This document shows, in pieces, positions 19,392 through 29,555 of a DNA stretch of 64,000 nucleotides. The translations under genes and the position numbers were made by a program. The stretch's first letter is position 1. Each line of letters begins with the position of its first letter. The notes beneath the pieces were generated by a model. That model did no database searches and was not told the origin of the DNA. It saw nothing but the letters and a program-made list of their open reading frames with translations. The DNA is from Acidobacteriota bacterium (GTDB taxonomy: Bacteria; Acidobacteriota; UBA6911; RPQK01; JAJDTT01), in contig CBDCJH010000002.1 in the NCBI GenBank assembly GCA_965217775.1, forward strand, positions 5,312,001 to 5,376,000, read 5' to 3'.

Positions 19392-20951
19392 CTATCGATC
19401 TCCGATCTCGGCCTGCACGGAGCGAGGCTGGAATTCCCCGGGCCTCACCTTCTCCACGATCTGATTGACCGGCTCGTGCAGGTAGGACAGAAACGGACTC
19501 GGGTAGAGGCCGATCCAGAAGGCCAGAATGATGAGGGGGACGAAGGTCGCCAGCTCCCGGGGAGTCAGGTCCGGAAGCTGGCGGTTCTCTTCCTGCTTGA
19601 TGGTCCCGAACATCACCCGCTGGTAGAGCCAGAGCATATAGGCCGCCCCGAGGACGATGCCGGTGGCCCCGAAAACGGCCCAGAGCTTGTAGTCGGGATC
19701 GGCAAAGACCCCCTGCAGCACCATGAACTCTCCGATGAATCCGTTGAGCGTGGGCATGCCGATGGAGGAGAGGGTCATGATCAGAAAGACCACGGCGTAC
19801 ACCGGCATGACGTGGGACAGGCCGCTGTAGTCGCTGATCATGCGAGTGTGCCGGCGCTCGTAGATGATTCCCACGATCAGGAAGAGGGCTCCGGTGGAGA
19901 TCCCGTGGTTGATCATCTGGAGGATGCCTCCCTCCAGCGCCACCGGCGTCACGATGAAGACGCCCAGCATGCAGAATCCCAGGTGGCTGACCGAGGAGTA
20001 CGCCACCAGTTTCTTCATGTCCTTCTGCATCATGGCCACCAGGGCCCCGTAGATGATCCCGACCACCGAGATGGCCATCATCCAGGGCAGGAACTCCATG
20101 GTGGCGTCGGGCAGGATGGGAAGGCTGAAACGGACGAAACCATACGTGCCCATCTTGAGGAGCACTCCGGCCAGAATGACCGAGCCGGCCGTCGGAGCCT
20201 CGACGTGGGCGTCCGGGAGCCAGGTATGGAAGGGGAACAACGGCACCTTGATGGCGAAACCGACGAACATGGCCAGGAAGATCCAGTACTGGAGATCGGG
20301 CGGGATGCCCAGTTCCTGGAAGGCCAGAACGTCGAACGACCAGACTCCCTTGACGGCGTACTGATGAAAGTAGAGGGCCAGGATTCCCAGCAGGAGCAGG
20401 ACCGATCCCAGCAGCGTGTAGAGGAAGAACTTGATGGCGGCGTACAGTTTCCGGGGGCCGCCCCAGATGCCGATGATGAAGTACATGGGCACCAGCATCA
20501 CTTCCCAGAAAACGTAGAAGAAGAAGAAGTCCAGGGCCATGAATACGCCCAGCATCCCCGTCTGCAGGATCAGGAAGTAGCAGTAGTACTCGCGGACCCG
20601 GGTGGTGATGGCGTTCCACGACGAGAGAATGGAGATGGATCCGAGCAGGGTGGTCAGCAGGATCAACAGCAGGCTGATGCCGTCGATTCCGAAATAGTAC
20701 TGGACTCCCAGCGACTCGATCCACGGGGCCTTGAAGACGAAACGCATCCCGGTCGAGTCGATGAACTCGGGCCGGTTGAAATGGGTGATCAGGGGGATGG
20801 AGACCAGGAACCCCACGAAGGCGACGATGTTGGCGATCCACTTGACCTCGGTCTCATGCTCCTTCCCCTTGGGCCAGAACAGAATGATCAACACGCCCAA
20901 GAGGGGGAAAAAGCAGACGATGGTCAGGATGTTGGTCATGAAAAAGCCCAT
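19392..20951 (-). CDS. nuoM: NADH-quinone oxidoreductase subunit M
   Basis: FWEVMLVPMY, PFHTWLPDAHVEAPTAGS, KKLVAYSSVSH. Confidence 0.95.
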   Translation of the reverse strand: MGFFMTNILTIVCFFPLLGVLIILFWPKGKEHETEVKWIANIVAFVGFLVSIPLITHFNRPEFIDSTGMRFVFKAPWIESLGVQYYFGIDGISLLLILLTTLLGSISILSSWNAITTRVREYYCYFLILQTGMLGVFMALDFFFFYVFWEVMLVPMYFIIGIWGGPRKLYAAIKFFLYTLLGSVLLLLGILALYFHQYAVKGVWSFDVLAFQELGIPPDLQYWIFLAMFVGFAIKVPLFPFHTWLPDAHVEAPTAGSVILAGVLLKMGTYGFVRFSLPILPDATMEFLPWMMAISVVGIIYGALVAMMQKDMKKLVAYSSVSHLGFCMLGVFIVTPVALEGGILQMINHGISTGALFLIVGIIYERRHTRMISDYSGLSHVMPVYAVVFLIMTLSSIGMPTLNGFIGEFMVLQGVFADPDYKLWAVFGATGIVLGAAYMLWLYQRVMFGTIKQEENRQLPDLTPRELATFVPLIILAFWIGLYPSPFLSYLHEPVNQIVEKVRPGEFQPRSVQAEIGDR

Positions 20952-20955
20952 AGGA

Positions 20956-23019
20956 CTATGCTCCCAGGTAGAGATAGCAGCCGATGATGAGCACCAGCCC
21001 CAAGACGAAGAAGGCGATGTAGCGTTGGACCAGACCGGTCTGCAGACGCCGCAAGACTGAGCTGAAGAATTCCACGATCTCCGCCGCCAGATTCACCAGC
21101 CGGTCCACGATGTGGATGTCCGCCTGACCCGAGATCCAGGCGGAGATGCGGGTGGCGGCGGCGCTTCCGTTCACCAGGCCGTCCACCACCTTGAGATCGA
21201 AGGCGCTGAGCCAGGTCCCCAGGCCCTTGCATCGATTCACGAAGACGGCATCGTAGATCTCGTCCACGTAGAACTTGTTGTAGACGACCCGGTGGAGGCC
21301 GTGGAACCGGTCGCGCAACTGCCCCGCCTTCTGGGGCCGGGCGAGGAAGAAATGATAGGCCAGGAAGATGCCGCCGCCGGCAACCGCCACCGAAACCAAC
21401 GTCAGGAGAATCTCCTCAAGGTGGGAATGGTGGCCTGTCGCCTCGGGCTGATACGCCGTGGCCAGAGCCGGTTCCAGGAAGTGCTCGAAGACGTTGGGCC
21501 CGAGCCAGGCCGGAAGTCCCAGGTAGCCAGCCACCACCGAACCCGCGGCCAGGACCATCAGGGGGACGGTCATCACCCGGGGCGATTCGTGAGGCGTGTG
21601 CCCGCCGTGGAGGTCGTGGCGTTCCTTCCCATGAAAGGTCAGGAACATCATGCGGAACATGTAGAAGGCGGTCATGCCCGCCACCAGCACGCCGACGCCC
21701 CAGATCAGGGGGCTGCCCCCCGGGAGGCTGAAGGCGCGCCACAGGATTTCGTCCTTGGAGAAGAAGCCGGACAGAAACGGTACGCCGGCGATGGCCAGGG
21801 TCCCCACCAACATGGTCAGCCAGGTGACGGGGAGGTATTTCTTCAGACCTCCCATCTTCATCATGTCCTGTTCGTGATGCATCCCCATGATGACGCTGCC
21901 CGAACCCAGGAAGAGGAGAGCCTTGAAGAAGGCGTGGGTCATGAGATGGAAGATTCCGGCGGTGAAGGCGCCGACACCCAGCGCGGTCACCATGTAGCCC
22001 AGTTGGCTCACCGTGGAATAGGCCAGGACCCGCTTGATGTCCCGCTGAAACAGGGCGATGCAGGCCGCCAGCAAGGCGGTCACGATTCCCACCACGGCCA
22101 CCAGCAGCATGATATCGGGCGCCCGGCTGTAGATGGCTGCCGATCGGCCCACCATGTAGACTCCGGCCGTCACCATGGTGGCGGCGTGGATCAGCGCGCT
22201 GACCGGTGTCGGACCTTCCATGGCGTCGGGAAGCCAGACGTAGAGGGGAATCTGGGCGCTCTTTCCGGCGGCGCCGATGAAGAGCAGCAGCGCCGCCCAG
22301 CTCAACGGGCCCCAGACCGCCTCGGGCTCCGGAACCAGGATGGCGATCCGGGAGAAGAGATCGGTGAAGTCCAGGGTCCCGAAGTAGGCGAAGAGCAGCA
22401 TCATCCCCAGGATGAAGCCGTAGTCGCCGATACGGTTGACCACGAAGGCCTTCTTGGCGGCGTCGCCGGCGCTCCTCTTCTCCAGGTAGTAGCCGATGAG
22501 CAGATAGGAGCAGAGGCCCACTCCTTCCCAGCCCACGAACATGAGGAGGAAGTTGTTGGCCAGGACCAGGGTGAGCATCATGAACATGAACAGGTTCATG
22601 TAGGCGAAGAAGCGGTAGAAGCCCTCTTCCTCGTACATGTAACCGATGGAGTAGAGGTGGATCAGGAATCCGATTCCGGTGACCACCAGGATCATGACGG
22701 CCGAGAGGGGATCCAGTTGGAATCCCCAGTTGATCTGGAACTGGGCGAGCTCTCCGGAGACGGTCCGGATCATCAGGCCCGGGATCCAGTTGAAGAGATT
22801 CACCTCATGGATCCGGTTCTCCGGATCCAGCTTGAGCAGACTGGCGAACGAACCCAGCGAGATCAGGAACGCAAGCAGCACCGCGCCGCACGCGACCACG
22901 GCCACGAAACTCTTTTGGGGCCGGCGGCCGGTTCGGCGGACGCACCAGAGTCCCCACAAGCCGTTGATCAGGAACCCCGCCAGGGGACAAAGGGGAATGA
23001 GCCAAATGGTGTTCAGCAT
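20956..23019 (-). CDS. nuoL: NADH-quinone oxidoreductase subunit L
   Basis: GKSAQIPLYVWLPDAMEGPTPVSALIHAATMV, HAFFKALLFL. Confidence 0.96.
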   Translation of the reverse strand: MLNTIWLIPLCPLAGFLINGLWGLWCVRRTGRRPQKSFVAVVACGAVLLAFLISLGSFASLLKLDPENRIHEVNLFNWIPGLMIRTVSGELAQFQINWGFQLDPLSAVMILVVTGIGFLIHLYSIGYMYEEEGFYRFFAYMNLFMFMMLTLVLANNFLLMFVGWEGVGLCSYLLIGYYLEKRSAGDAAKKAFVVNRIGDYGFILGMMLLFAYFGTLDFTDLFSRIAILVPEPEAVWGPLSWAALLLFIGAAGKSAQIPLYVWLPDAMEGPTPVSALIHAATMVTAGVYMVGRSAAIYSRAPDIMLLVAVVGIVTALLAACIALFQRDIKRVLAYSTVSQLGYMVTALGVGAFTAGIFHLMTHAFFKALLFLGSGSVIMGMHHEQDMMKMGGLKKYLPVTWLTMLVGTLAIAGVPFLSGFFSKDEILWRAFSLPGGSPLIWGVGVLVAGMTAFYMFRMMFLTFHGKERHDLHGGHTPHESPRVMTVPLMVLAAGSVVAGYLGLPAWLGPNVFEHFLEPALATAYQPEATGHHSHLEEILLTLVSVAVAGGGIFLAYHFFLARPQKAGQLRDRFHGLHRVVYNKFYVDEIYDAVFVNRCKGLGTWLSAFDLKVVDGLVNGSAAATRISAWISGQADIHIVDRLVNLAAEIVEFFSSVLRRLQTGLVQRYIAFFVLGLVLIIGCYLYLGA

Positions 23020-23034
23020 GCCATGGACCCCGGC

Positions 23035-23337
23035 TCAGCCTCTCATGAGGTCGATCTCATCCATGTTGATGGTTTCCCGGTTGCGGAACAGGGCGATCAC
23101 GATGCCCAGTCCCACTGCCGCCTCGGCCGCGGCGACGGTGATGACGAAGATGACGAAGACCTGGCCCGCCAGATCCTGCAGGTGAGCCGAGAAGGCGATC
23201 AGGTTCAAATTCACGGCATTGAGCATGAGCTCGATGGACATGAAGATGATGATGACGTTTCTTCGGGTGAGGACGCCGACGGCACCGATGGTGAAGACGA
23301 TGGCGCTCAGGAAGAGGTAGTGGTTGGGTCCGATCAT
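23035..23337 (-). CDS. nuoK: NADH-quinone oxidoreductase subunit K
   Basis: [20 protein letters not shown]. Confidence 0.95.
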   Translation of the reverse strand: MIGPNHYLFLSAIVFTIGAVGVLTRRNVIIIFMSIELMLNAVNLNLIAFSAHLQDLAGQVFVIFVITVAAAEAAVGLGIVIALFRNRETINMDEIDLMRG

Positions 23338-23355
23338 CCTAGACTCCGCGCCGGT

Positions 23356-23868
23356 TCAGATCTCCTTCTTGGCCAATACCACGGCGCCGACGATGGCGAC
23401 CAGAAGCAGGACCGATGCAATCTCGAAGGGAAGCAGGTAGGTGCTGTAGAGAACGGTCCCTACGGCTTCCGTATTCATGGTCTCGGTGTTGGCGATGATC
23501 CCGGATTCGGCCAGCCCTTCCTCCAGAGAAACGGTTCCCCGGAAAATGAGGAGGCCCAGCTCCAGGCAGAGGACCACGGCCAGGACCACGCCGGTCCGCC
23601 ACTGCCGGCTCAGCTTCGGCTGCCGTTCCAGAGCCTCGATGCTGACCAGCATGATGACGAAGAGAAAAAGCACCATGATGCCGCCCACGTAGACCAGCAC
23701 CTGGACGGCGCCCACGAACTCCGCCTCCATGAGGAAGAAGAATCCCGCCACCGCCAGTAGCGCCGAGACCAGATAGACGGCGCTCCGCACCGGGTTCCGC
23801 GCGGTCACCGTGAGGATGGAGAAGGTCACCAGAATCAGAGCCAGCGCGTAGAAGAGATAGGTTTCCAT
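23356..23868 (-). CDS. nuoJ: NADH-quinone oxidoreductase subunit J
   Basis: QVLVYVGGIMVLFLFVIML, YLLPFEIASVLLL. Confidence 0.95.
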   Translation of the reverse strand: METYLFYALALILVTFSILTVTARNPVRSAVYLVSALLAVAGFFFLMEAEFVGAVQVLVYVGGIMVLFLFVIMLVSIEALERQPKLSRQWRTGVVLAVVLCLELGLLIFRGTVSLEEGLAESGIIANTETMNTEAVGTVLYSTYLLPFEIASVLLLVAIVGAVVLAKKEI

Positions 23869-23990
23869 GCTCTATCTTCCGTTTTCTCTTCCGTTGTTTG
23901 GAAACTTGCGACTCATCCAGTGGTCCGTGATGCCGCGGTCACCGCGAAGATGCTCCGGATCCGGAGATACCGGAGCGTTCATGAAGACCG

Positions 23991-24452
23991 TCAATTGTAG
24001 TTCTTCCCGAAATCGATGCGGTCCCAACACTTCTCCAGCCGCTCTCGATCCCACACCATGTCCCTGCGGTCGTATGCGGCCAGCTCGAAGTCCTGGGTCA
24101 GCTCGACGGCATTGGTGGGACACACCTCCTGGCAGAGTCCGCAGAAGAGGCAGCGGGAAGTGTCGAAAGTGTAGTGCGTCAGCACCTTCTTGCGGCTCTC
24201 CGGATCCCTGGTGGAGCCGACGACGATCAGGTCTTCCGGGCAGATCACGGCGCACAGGTCACAGGCGATGCAGAGGGTCTCACCCGTTTCCGGATCGTTG
24301 TTCAGGCGGGGAGCTCCCTTGTAGCGTTCCGCCAGCTTGGGTATCTCGGTCGGATACTGTTCCGTGTACACCTTGGTGTAGGTGTAGCGAAAGGTCACGG
24401 CCAGACCCTTCAAGATGTCCCAGAAGAGCATGCGGCGTAGGAATTCAATCAT
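23991..24452 (-). CDS. nuoI: NADH-quinone oxidoreductase subunit I
   Basis: CIACDLCAVICP and CLFCGLCQEVCP, two [4Fe-4S] motifs. Confidence 0.95.
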   Translation of the reverse strand: MIEFLRRMLFWDILKGLAVTFRYTYTKVYTEQYPTEIPKLAERYKGAPRLNNDPETGETLCIACDLCAVICPEDLIVVGSTRDPESRKKVLTHYTFDTSRCLFCGLCQEVCPTNAVELTQDFELAAYDRRDMVWDRERLEKCWDRIDFGKNYN

Positions 24453-24537
24453 GGTTGATCCGTCCGATTATTGGAGCCGGACTCGAACGAGACGTCCCGG
24501 CTCGACCCGTCAATTTACAAATCCGTATTGGAGTTGT

Positions 24538-25638
24538 CTACATGAAAACCAGCACCACTCCCGCCGTGACGATGACGTTGGCCAGGGCCAGCGGGAGAAA
24601 GAGCTTCCAGCCGTAGCGCATCAACTGGTCGAAACGGTAGCGGGGAAGCGTGCCCCGGACCCAGATGAAGACGTACAGCAACACGAACACCTTGATCACG
24701 AACCACAACAGCGGAGGGATCAGGTCCAGGAATGAGAGCCACTCCACGTTGGGAAAGGGCCTCAGCCATCCTCCCAGGAACAGGGTCACCGCCACCGCGC
24801 AGACGGTCACCATGGCGGCGTACTCGGCGATGAAATACAGGGAGAAGCGGAAGCCGCTGTATTCGGTGTGAAAACCGCCCACCAGTTCGGTTTCGGCCTC
24901 GGGCAGATCGAAGGGCAACCGGTTGGTCTCGGCCATGCCGCAGATGAAGAAGAGGACGAAGGCCAGAGGCTGGTAGAAGATGTACCAGACCTCGGCTTCC
25001 CGCTGATTTTCCACGATCTGGACCAGGCTCAGGGATTGGGTCACCAGCAGGACTCCGATCACGGAGAAGCCCAGGGCCACCTCGTAGCTGATCATCTGGG
25101 CGCTGGAGCGAAGTGCTCCCAGCAGCGGGTATTTGCTGTTGGAGGCCCAACCTCCCAGGATGACGCCCAGGATTCCGACGGAAGAAATCGAGAGCACGAA
25201 CAGGAGCGCGATGTTGATGTCGGTGACGAAGCCTCCCGAAGCGGCGGACTGGGTTGCGATGGACTCCACGGCCGCCGCGTCCAGAAAGGGACTCAGTACC
25301 CAGCGCAGGAGGTCCTCCATCATTCCCGGAGGACCGAACGGAATCACGGCGAACACCACGAAGGCAGGGATCAGGCTGATGGCGGGAGCCAGAGTGAAGA
25401 GCAGCTTGTCCGACCGGGCCGGGACGATGTCTTCCTTGAGGATGAACTTCAGCCCGTCCGCAATGGGCTGAAGCAACCCGTGCCAACCGACGCGCATGGG
25501 TCCCAGGCGCACCTGGATATGGGCGATGATCTTGCGCTCGAGCAGGGTCATGTAGGCGACGGCGCCGGAAAGAACGAGCACGATCACCGCGATCTTGGCG
25601 AACGGTATGATTCCGTAGACGATGATCCACTCGGCCAT
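24538..25638 (-). CDS. nuoH: NADH-quinone oxidoreductase subunit H
   Basis: GLLQPIADGLK, AETNRLPFDLPEAE, PRYRFDQLM. Confidence 0.96.
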   Translation of the reverse strand: MAEWIIVYGIIPFAKIAVIVLVLSGAVAYMTLLERKIIAHIQVRLGPMRVGWHGLLQPIADGLKFILKEDIVPARSDKLLFTLAPAISLIPAFVVFAVIPFGPPGMMEDLLRWVLSPFLDAAAVESIATQSAASGGFVTDINIALLFVLSISSVGILGVILGGWASNSKYPLLGALRSSAQMISYEVALGFSVIGVLLVTQSLSLVQIVENQREAEVWYIFYQPLAFVLFFICGMAETNRLPFDLPEAETELVGGFHTEYSGFRFSLYFIAEYAAMVTVCAVAVTLFLGGWLRPFPNVEWLSFLDLIPPLLWFVIKVFVLLYVFIWVRGTLPRYRFDQLMRYGWKLFLPLALANVIVTAGVVLVFM

Positions 25639-26750
25639 TAGCGGTCGATCTCTCCCAGCACGATATCCAGCGTTCCGATGATGGCCACCACGTCCGCCAC
25701 CAGATGTCCGCGAACCAGCCGCCGCAGAGCCTGGAGACTGATGAACGTGGGTGGACGGATCCGGAGACGGAAGGGTTGCGGTGATCCGTCACTGACGATG
25801 TAGTATCCCAATTCTCCCCTCGGGCTCTCGATGGCCGAGTAGTACTCGCCGGCGGCCGGCTTGGGAATCTTGGGGGCCCGGCCGCGAATCGGACCTTCGG
25901 GCATGGTGTCCAGGGCTTGGGTGATGATGCGCCGGCTCTGACGCATCTCTTCGAGCCGGATCAGGTACCGGTCGTAGGTATCGCCGTTGGTCCCCATGGG
26001 CACGTCGAACTGAAACTGTTCGTATCCTCCATAGGGCCGGAGCTTGCGGATGTCGTGGTCGACCCCGGAGCCCCGGAGCGGGGGGCCGCTCAGCCCCCAG
26101 TCGATGGCTTCCTCGGCCGAGATGACGCCGACGCCCTTGGTTCTCTCCAGCCAGATGCGATTCCGCGTGAGGAGCTGCTCGTACTCGTCGACGCGCGCCG
26201 GAAACTGGTCGATGAACTTCCGGCACGCCGCCTCGAACCCGGCAGGCATGTCCAACCACAAACCTCCGATCCGGAAGGCGTGGGTGGTCAGACGAGCGCC
26301 GAAGAGAGCCTCGAACAGCTTCAGGATCTCTTCCCGCTCCCGGAAGCAATAGAGGAAGACGGTCATGGCTCCGATGTCGATGGCATGGGTGGCCAACCAG
26401 AGCAGATGGCTCGCGATCCGGTTGAACTCGGTCATCATGATCCGAATCTGGCGAGCCCGCGCCGGAACCTCGATGCCCAGCAGCTTCTCCACTCCCAGCA
26501 CATATCCGAAGACGTTGGACACGGCCGAGATGTAGTCCGTCCGGTCGAAGTAGGGAGTGCACTTGATGTAGTTGCGGTTCTCGGCGATCTTCTCCACGCC
26601 CCGGTGGAGGTAGCCGATGATGCATTCGGCGTCGACCACCCGTTCTCCGTCCAGCTTGAGCCGGACTCGCAGCACGCCGTGGGTGGACGGGTGCTGGGGA
26701 CCCATGTTGATCTCGAGTTCCTTGGTGTCGAGTACGGTCTGCCGGTTCAT
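25638..26750 (-). CDS. nuoD: NADH-quinone oxidoreductase subunit D
   Basis: NMGPQHPSTHGVLR, GYLHRGVEK, DIVLGEIDR. Confidence 0.96.
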   Translation of the reverse strand: MNRQTVLDTKELEINMGPQHPSTHGVLRVRLKLDGERVVDAECIIGYLHRGVEKIAENRNYIKCTPYFDRTDYISAVSNVFGYVLGVEKLLGIEVPARARQIRIMMTEFNRIASHLLWLATHAIDIGAMTVFLYCFREREEILKLFEALFGARLTTHAFRIGGLWLDMPAGFEAACRKFIDQFPARVDEYEQLLTRNRIWLERTKGVGVISAEEAIDWGLSGPPLRGSGVDHDIRKLRPYGGYEQFQFDVPMGTNGDTYDRYLIRLEEMRQSRRIITQALDTMPEGPIRGRAPKIPKPAAGEYYSAIESPRGELGYYIVSDGSPQPFRLRIRPPTFISLQALRRLVRGHLVADVVAIIGTLDIVLGEIDR

Positions 26751-26753
26751 GGG

Positions 26754-27467
26754 CTAATCGGGTGTCTTTCGGATCTTCAGGTGCTTGCGGATCCAGCTCT
26801 GGTCCTGGAGTTTGATGTCGTAGTCCTTCCGCAAAGGAAATCCATGCCAGTCGTCGGGAAGGAGAATCCGTTTCATGTCGGGATGGCCGGAGAACAGAAT
26901 CCCGAACATGTCGTAGACCTCCCGTTCCAGCCAGTCGGCGGTCTTCCAGATGGAGGTCATGGAGGGAACCGGATCGCCCTCCCGCACCCGGCTCTTGACG
27001 CGAATCAGCTTTTTGGTCGCGTAGGAATAGAGCTGGTAGACCATCAGGAACCGTTCCTGGTCCCCCAGGTAGTCCAGGGCCGAGACGTCGATCAGGTAGT
27101 CGAAAGGAGATTCGGAATGGTCGCGCAGGGCGAGCATGACGTCGTAGAGGGCGGCCGGCGTCACCGTGTAGATGCTCTGGCCCAGGAACGACTGCCCCGA
27201 GAGGATCTCGCCCGGAAACTGCTCTCTCAGACTCTCCAGGACCGCATCGTCCTTCAGGTCTTCGTAGCTCGGCCCCTTCTTTCTCCTCTTCCGAAGCCGC
27301 CGCTTGCGAAGCGGCCGCTTGCGAAGAAGTCGCTTGCGAACCGGCCGCTTGCGAACCGGCCGCTTCCGCGCGGGACGGGCAACCCGGGTCCTGGGGCGCC
27401 GCGCCGGCTTCGGCTTCTCGCCGTCTGAGTTGGTCTTCTTCGCCCTGGTCTCGTCGTCCATCTTCAA
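26754..27467 (-). CDS. nuoC: NADH-quinone oxidoreductase subunit C with Arg/Lys-rich N-terminal repeat
   Basis: [28 protein letters not shown]. Confidence 0.93.
   Translation of the reverse strand: MKMDDETRAKKTNSDGEKPKPARRPRTRVARPARKRPVRKRPVRKRLLRKRPLRKRRLRKRRKKGPSYEDLKDDAVLESLREQFPGEILSGQSFLGQSIYTVTPAALYDVMLALRDHSESPFDYLIDVSALDYLGDQERFLMVYQLYSYATKKLIRVKSRVREGDPVPSMTSIWKTADWLEREVYDMFGILFSGHPDMKRILLPDDWHGFPLRKDYDIKLQDQSWIRKHLKIRKTPD
27286..27370. repeat. 15-bp tandem repeat (~6 units) encoding (RKRxx)n in NuoC
   Basis: CGCTTGCGAA cores at 27301, 27316, 27331 and 27346; degenerate units at 27286 and 27361. Confidence 0.85.
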
Positions 27468-27497
27468 GAGGGGTTGGGAAGGGCTTCCCGGGGGAAG

Positions 27498-27986
27498 CTA
27501 GCTGGCCCGCGGCTCCGGCTTGTCCGTGATACTCATCAGATCGATCTTGTCCTGAAGACGCATGAGCCCGTACAGGAGCGCCTCGGGCCGCGGCGGGCAC
27601 CCTGGAATGTACACGTCCACCGGTATGACTTTATCCACGCCCTGCAAGGTCGAATAGGTGTCGAAGGGACCTCCGGCGCTGGAGCAGGCCCCCATGGAGA
27701 TGACCCACTTGGGATCCGGCATCTGCACGTAGAGGCGCTGGATCACCTCGGCCATCTTCAGGGTGACGGTTCCGGCCACGATGATCAGGTCGGACTGGCG
27801 CGGCGACGGTCTGAAGATGCCGGCTCCGAACCGGTCCATGTCGAATCGGGAGGCGCCGGTGGCCATCATCTCGATGGCGCAGCAGGCCAGACCGAAAGTC
27901 ATGGGCCAGAGGGAGGACTTCCGCGCCCAGTTGAAGACCGAGTCGGCCGTCGTGGTGATGACGTTCTTCTCTATGCTCCGGTCCAT
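27498..27986 (-). CDS. nuoB: NADH-quinone oxidoreductase subunit B
   Basis: [24 protein letters not shown]. Confidence 0.96.
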   Translation of the reverse strand: MDRSIEKNVITTTADSVFNWARKSSLWPMTFGLACCAIEMMATGASRFDMDRFGAGIFRPSPRQSDLIIVAGTVTLKMAEVIQRLYVQMPDPKWVISMGACSSAGGPFDTYSTLQGVDKVIPVDVYIPGCPPRPEALLYGLMRLQDKIDLMSITDKPEPRAS

Positions 27987-28086
27987 GTTTCGACCTCGAT
28001 CGGGTTGATCGGAAACGGTTCGGGAGTCAGTGGCGAAAGTCCCGCTCCGCCCCGGTCGGGTTCAGCGGGATTTGTACCACGGGCCC

Positions 28087-28443
28087 CTATGCCCATTCCA
28101 GTGCGCCCTTTTTCCAAACGTAGAAATACCCCACGATCAGGATCCCCAGGAAGATGACCATTTCGATGAATCCGAAGAGGGCCAGCTTGTCGTAGATGAC
28201 CGCCCAGGGAAAGAGGAAGATCGTCTCCACGTCGAAAATGACGAAGAGGATGGCGATGATGTAGAAACGCACCGAAAATCGGCCTCTGGCGTCATTGATG
28301 GGGTCGACGCCGCATTCGTAGGGCATCAGCTTGTCCGCGGAGGGCAGATGGGGCCGAAGGAGTCTTCCCACCAGCAGTCCCACCACGGGGAGGGTGATGG
28401 CCACCAGGATGAAGATCAATATGGGAATGTAGGATCCGAGCAC
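28087..28443 (-). CDS. nuoA: NADH-quinone oxidoreductase subunit A
   Basis: YECG, FDVETIFLFPWA, KKGALEW. Confidence 0.95.
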   Translation of the reverse strand: MLGSYIPILIFILVAITLPVVGLLVGRLLRPHLPSADKLMPYECGVDPINDARGRFSVRFYIIAILFVIFDVETIFLFPWAVIYDKLALFGFIEMVIFLGILIVGYFYVWKKGALEWA

Positions 28444-28959
28444 CGCTAACTCCTTGGGGAAAGTCCCATCCGGGACCCGTTCACCGTACGAGTGCCTATT
28501 CTAGCAGACCGAATCACGGCGTTCGACGGAAAACAGGAGGGGGACATTCTTGTCCCCCACTCTTTTTCTCCGCGTTTCATTGTAATTTCGGGAGCTAATA
28601 CACCACCGCTCCCGGACAACCCCTCCCTATCTTCCCGGATCGCGCCGGCCCGTGGCAGGTGGAGAAGTTACTTGGAAACTACAAACTGAGGTGAGAAGCG
28701 GGGCCGTTGGTGGCGTGGTCGCCGTTGCCGTAGGTCTGAACTCAACGCCGTTGGGGACCCCTTTTTCGTGCCCCCATCAGTCCACCGGACTGTTCCGCCG
28801 CGAACCTGTCCGGAAGGAATCCAGGACCGACCCGCCGAGGAGGGTGCCGGCCGGGGGAGGGCGACCGCAAGGGTCGCTCTCACAAGACGCGTTGACGTGC
28901 AGACCACAAGGAGGACGAGGAGCTTTGCGTCGATGAACGCTTCCGTGAAATGCATTGGG

Positions 28960-29216
28960 TCAGTTCGAGGCGGTCAAAGTGCGATGGGTCACGGATCGAA
29001 CCTCACCAGAAAGGTCATCGACATGAACGACCTTGAAGGTTCGTTCGGTGTTCAGGGGGAGTAGAAAAGACGGTCGAACGAAGCTGATGGTCACCTTCCA
29101 GGTAGGTGGTCCTTCCGTGAATCTGATCTCTTCCAGCCTTGGATCCTGGATTTCTTCATCCGCAAAAATCGTGACGAGGCTCTCCTTCGCTTTTTTCACG
29201 GCTTCTCTGACGTCCA
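28960..29216 (-). CDS. Small hypothetical protein
   Basis: MDVREAVKKAKESLVTIFADEEIQDPRLEEI...WKVTISF...FKVVHVD; globular-looking; start approximate. Confidence 0.65.
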
Positions 29217-29225
29217 TTCGGCCCT

Positions 29226-29555
29226 TCATGGTTCCACCATCTCCTTTCTCCAGCCGCACGGTCCATTCTCCCATTTCCCCAACCACGAGACCATCAGGGG
29301 GAGCTGACGCTCGCTACGATGCGCGTGTTGGATTTGGCCCATGCGGTCCCGGAGGTCCCCGATTCTCGACTTCAAGCCGTCGATTCCGCCGGATAGACGA
29401 AACTCTGACCGATTCATCCTGGACTTCAGGCGGGCCTAAAACTGTACAATGTCCTGGCGCAACTCGACGCGTACATTCCTGATGGCTCGGCCGGTGAGGA
29501 GAGACCCCCAAATGACGATGGCGGGACTGATCCACTGAGCAAGTTCGCTCGGCAT
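29226..29555 (-). pseudogene. Small TM plus coiled-coil protein interrupted by an in-frame TAG
   Basis: MPSELAQWISPAIVIWGSLL...QDIVQF*ARLKSRMNR...RIGDLRDRMG; ORFs 29436-29657 and 29226-29417 share a frame. Confidence 0.45.

Noticed and set aside
19314-23760. Very long plus-strand ORFs (557 aa, 882 aa) and similar ones opposite mlaD, uvrB and clpB
   Set aside because: Antisense shadows of well-supported genes in high-GC DNA; no recognisable motifs
27286-27370. CRISPR-like periodicity
   Set aside because: 15-bp in-frame coding tandem repeat without spacers; no cas genes in the window
28735-28765. Faint resemblance to a tRNA 3' end or att site at the island edge
   Set aside because: No cloverleaf or TTCGA loop, and no matching direct repeat found near 43 kb
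29436-29438. Pyrrolysine or programmed readthrough of the TAG
   Set aside because: No pyl genes seen; a simple nonsense mutation is more parsimonious
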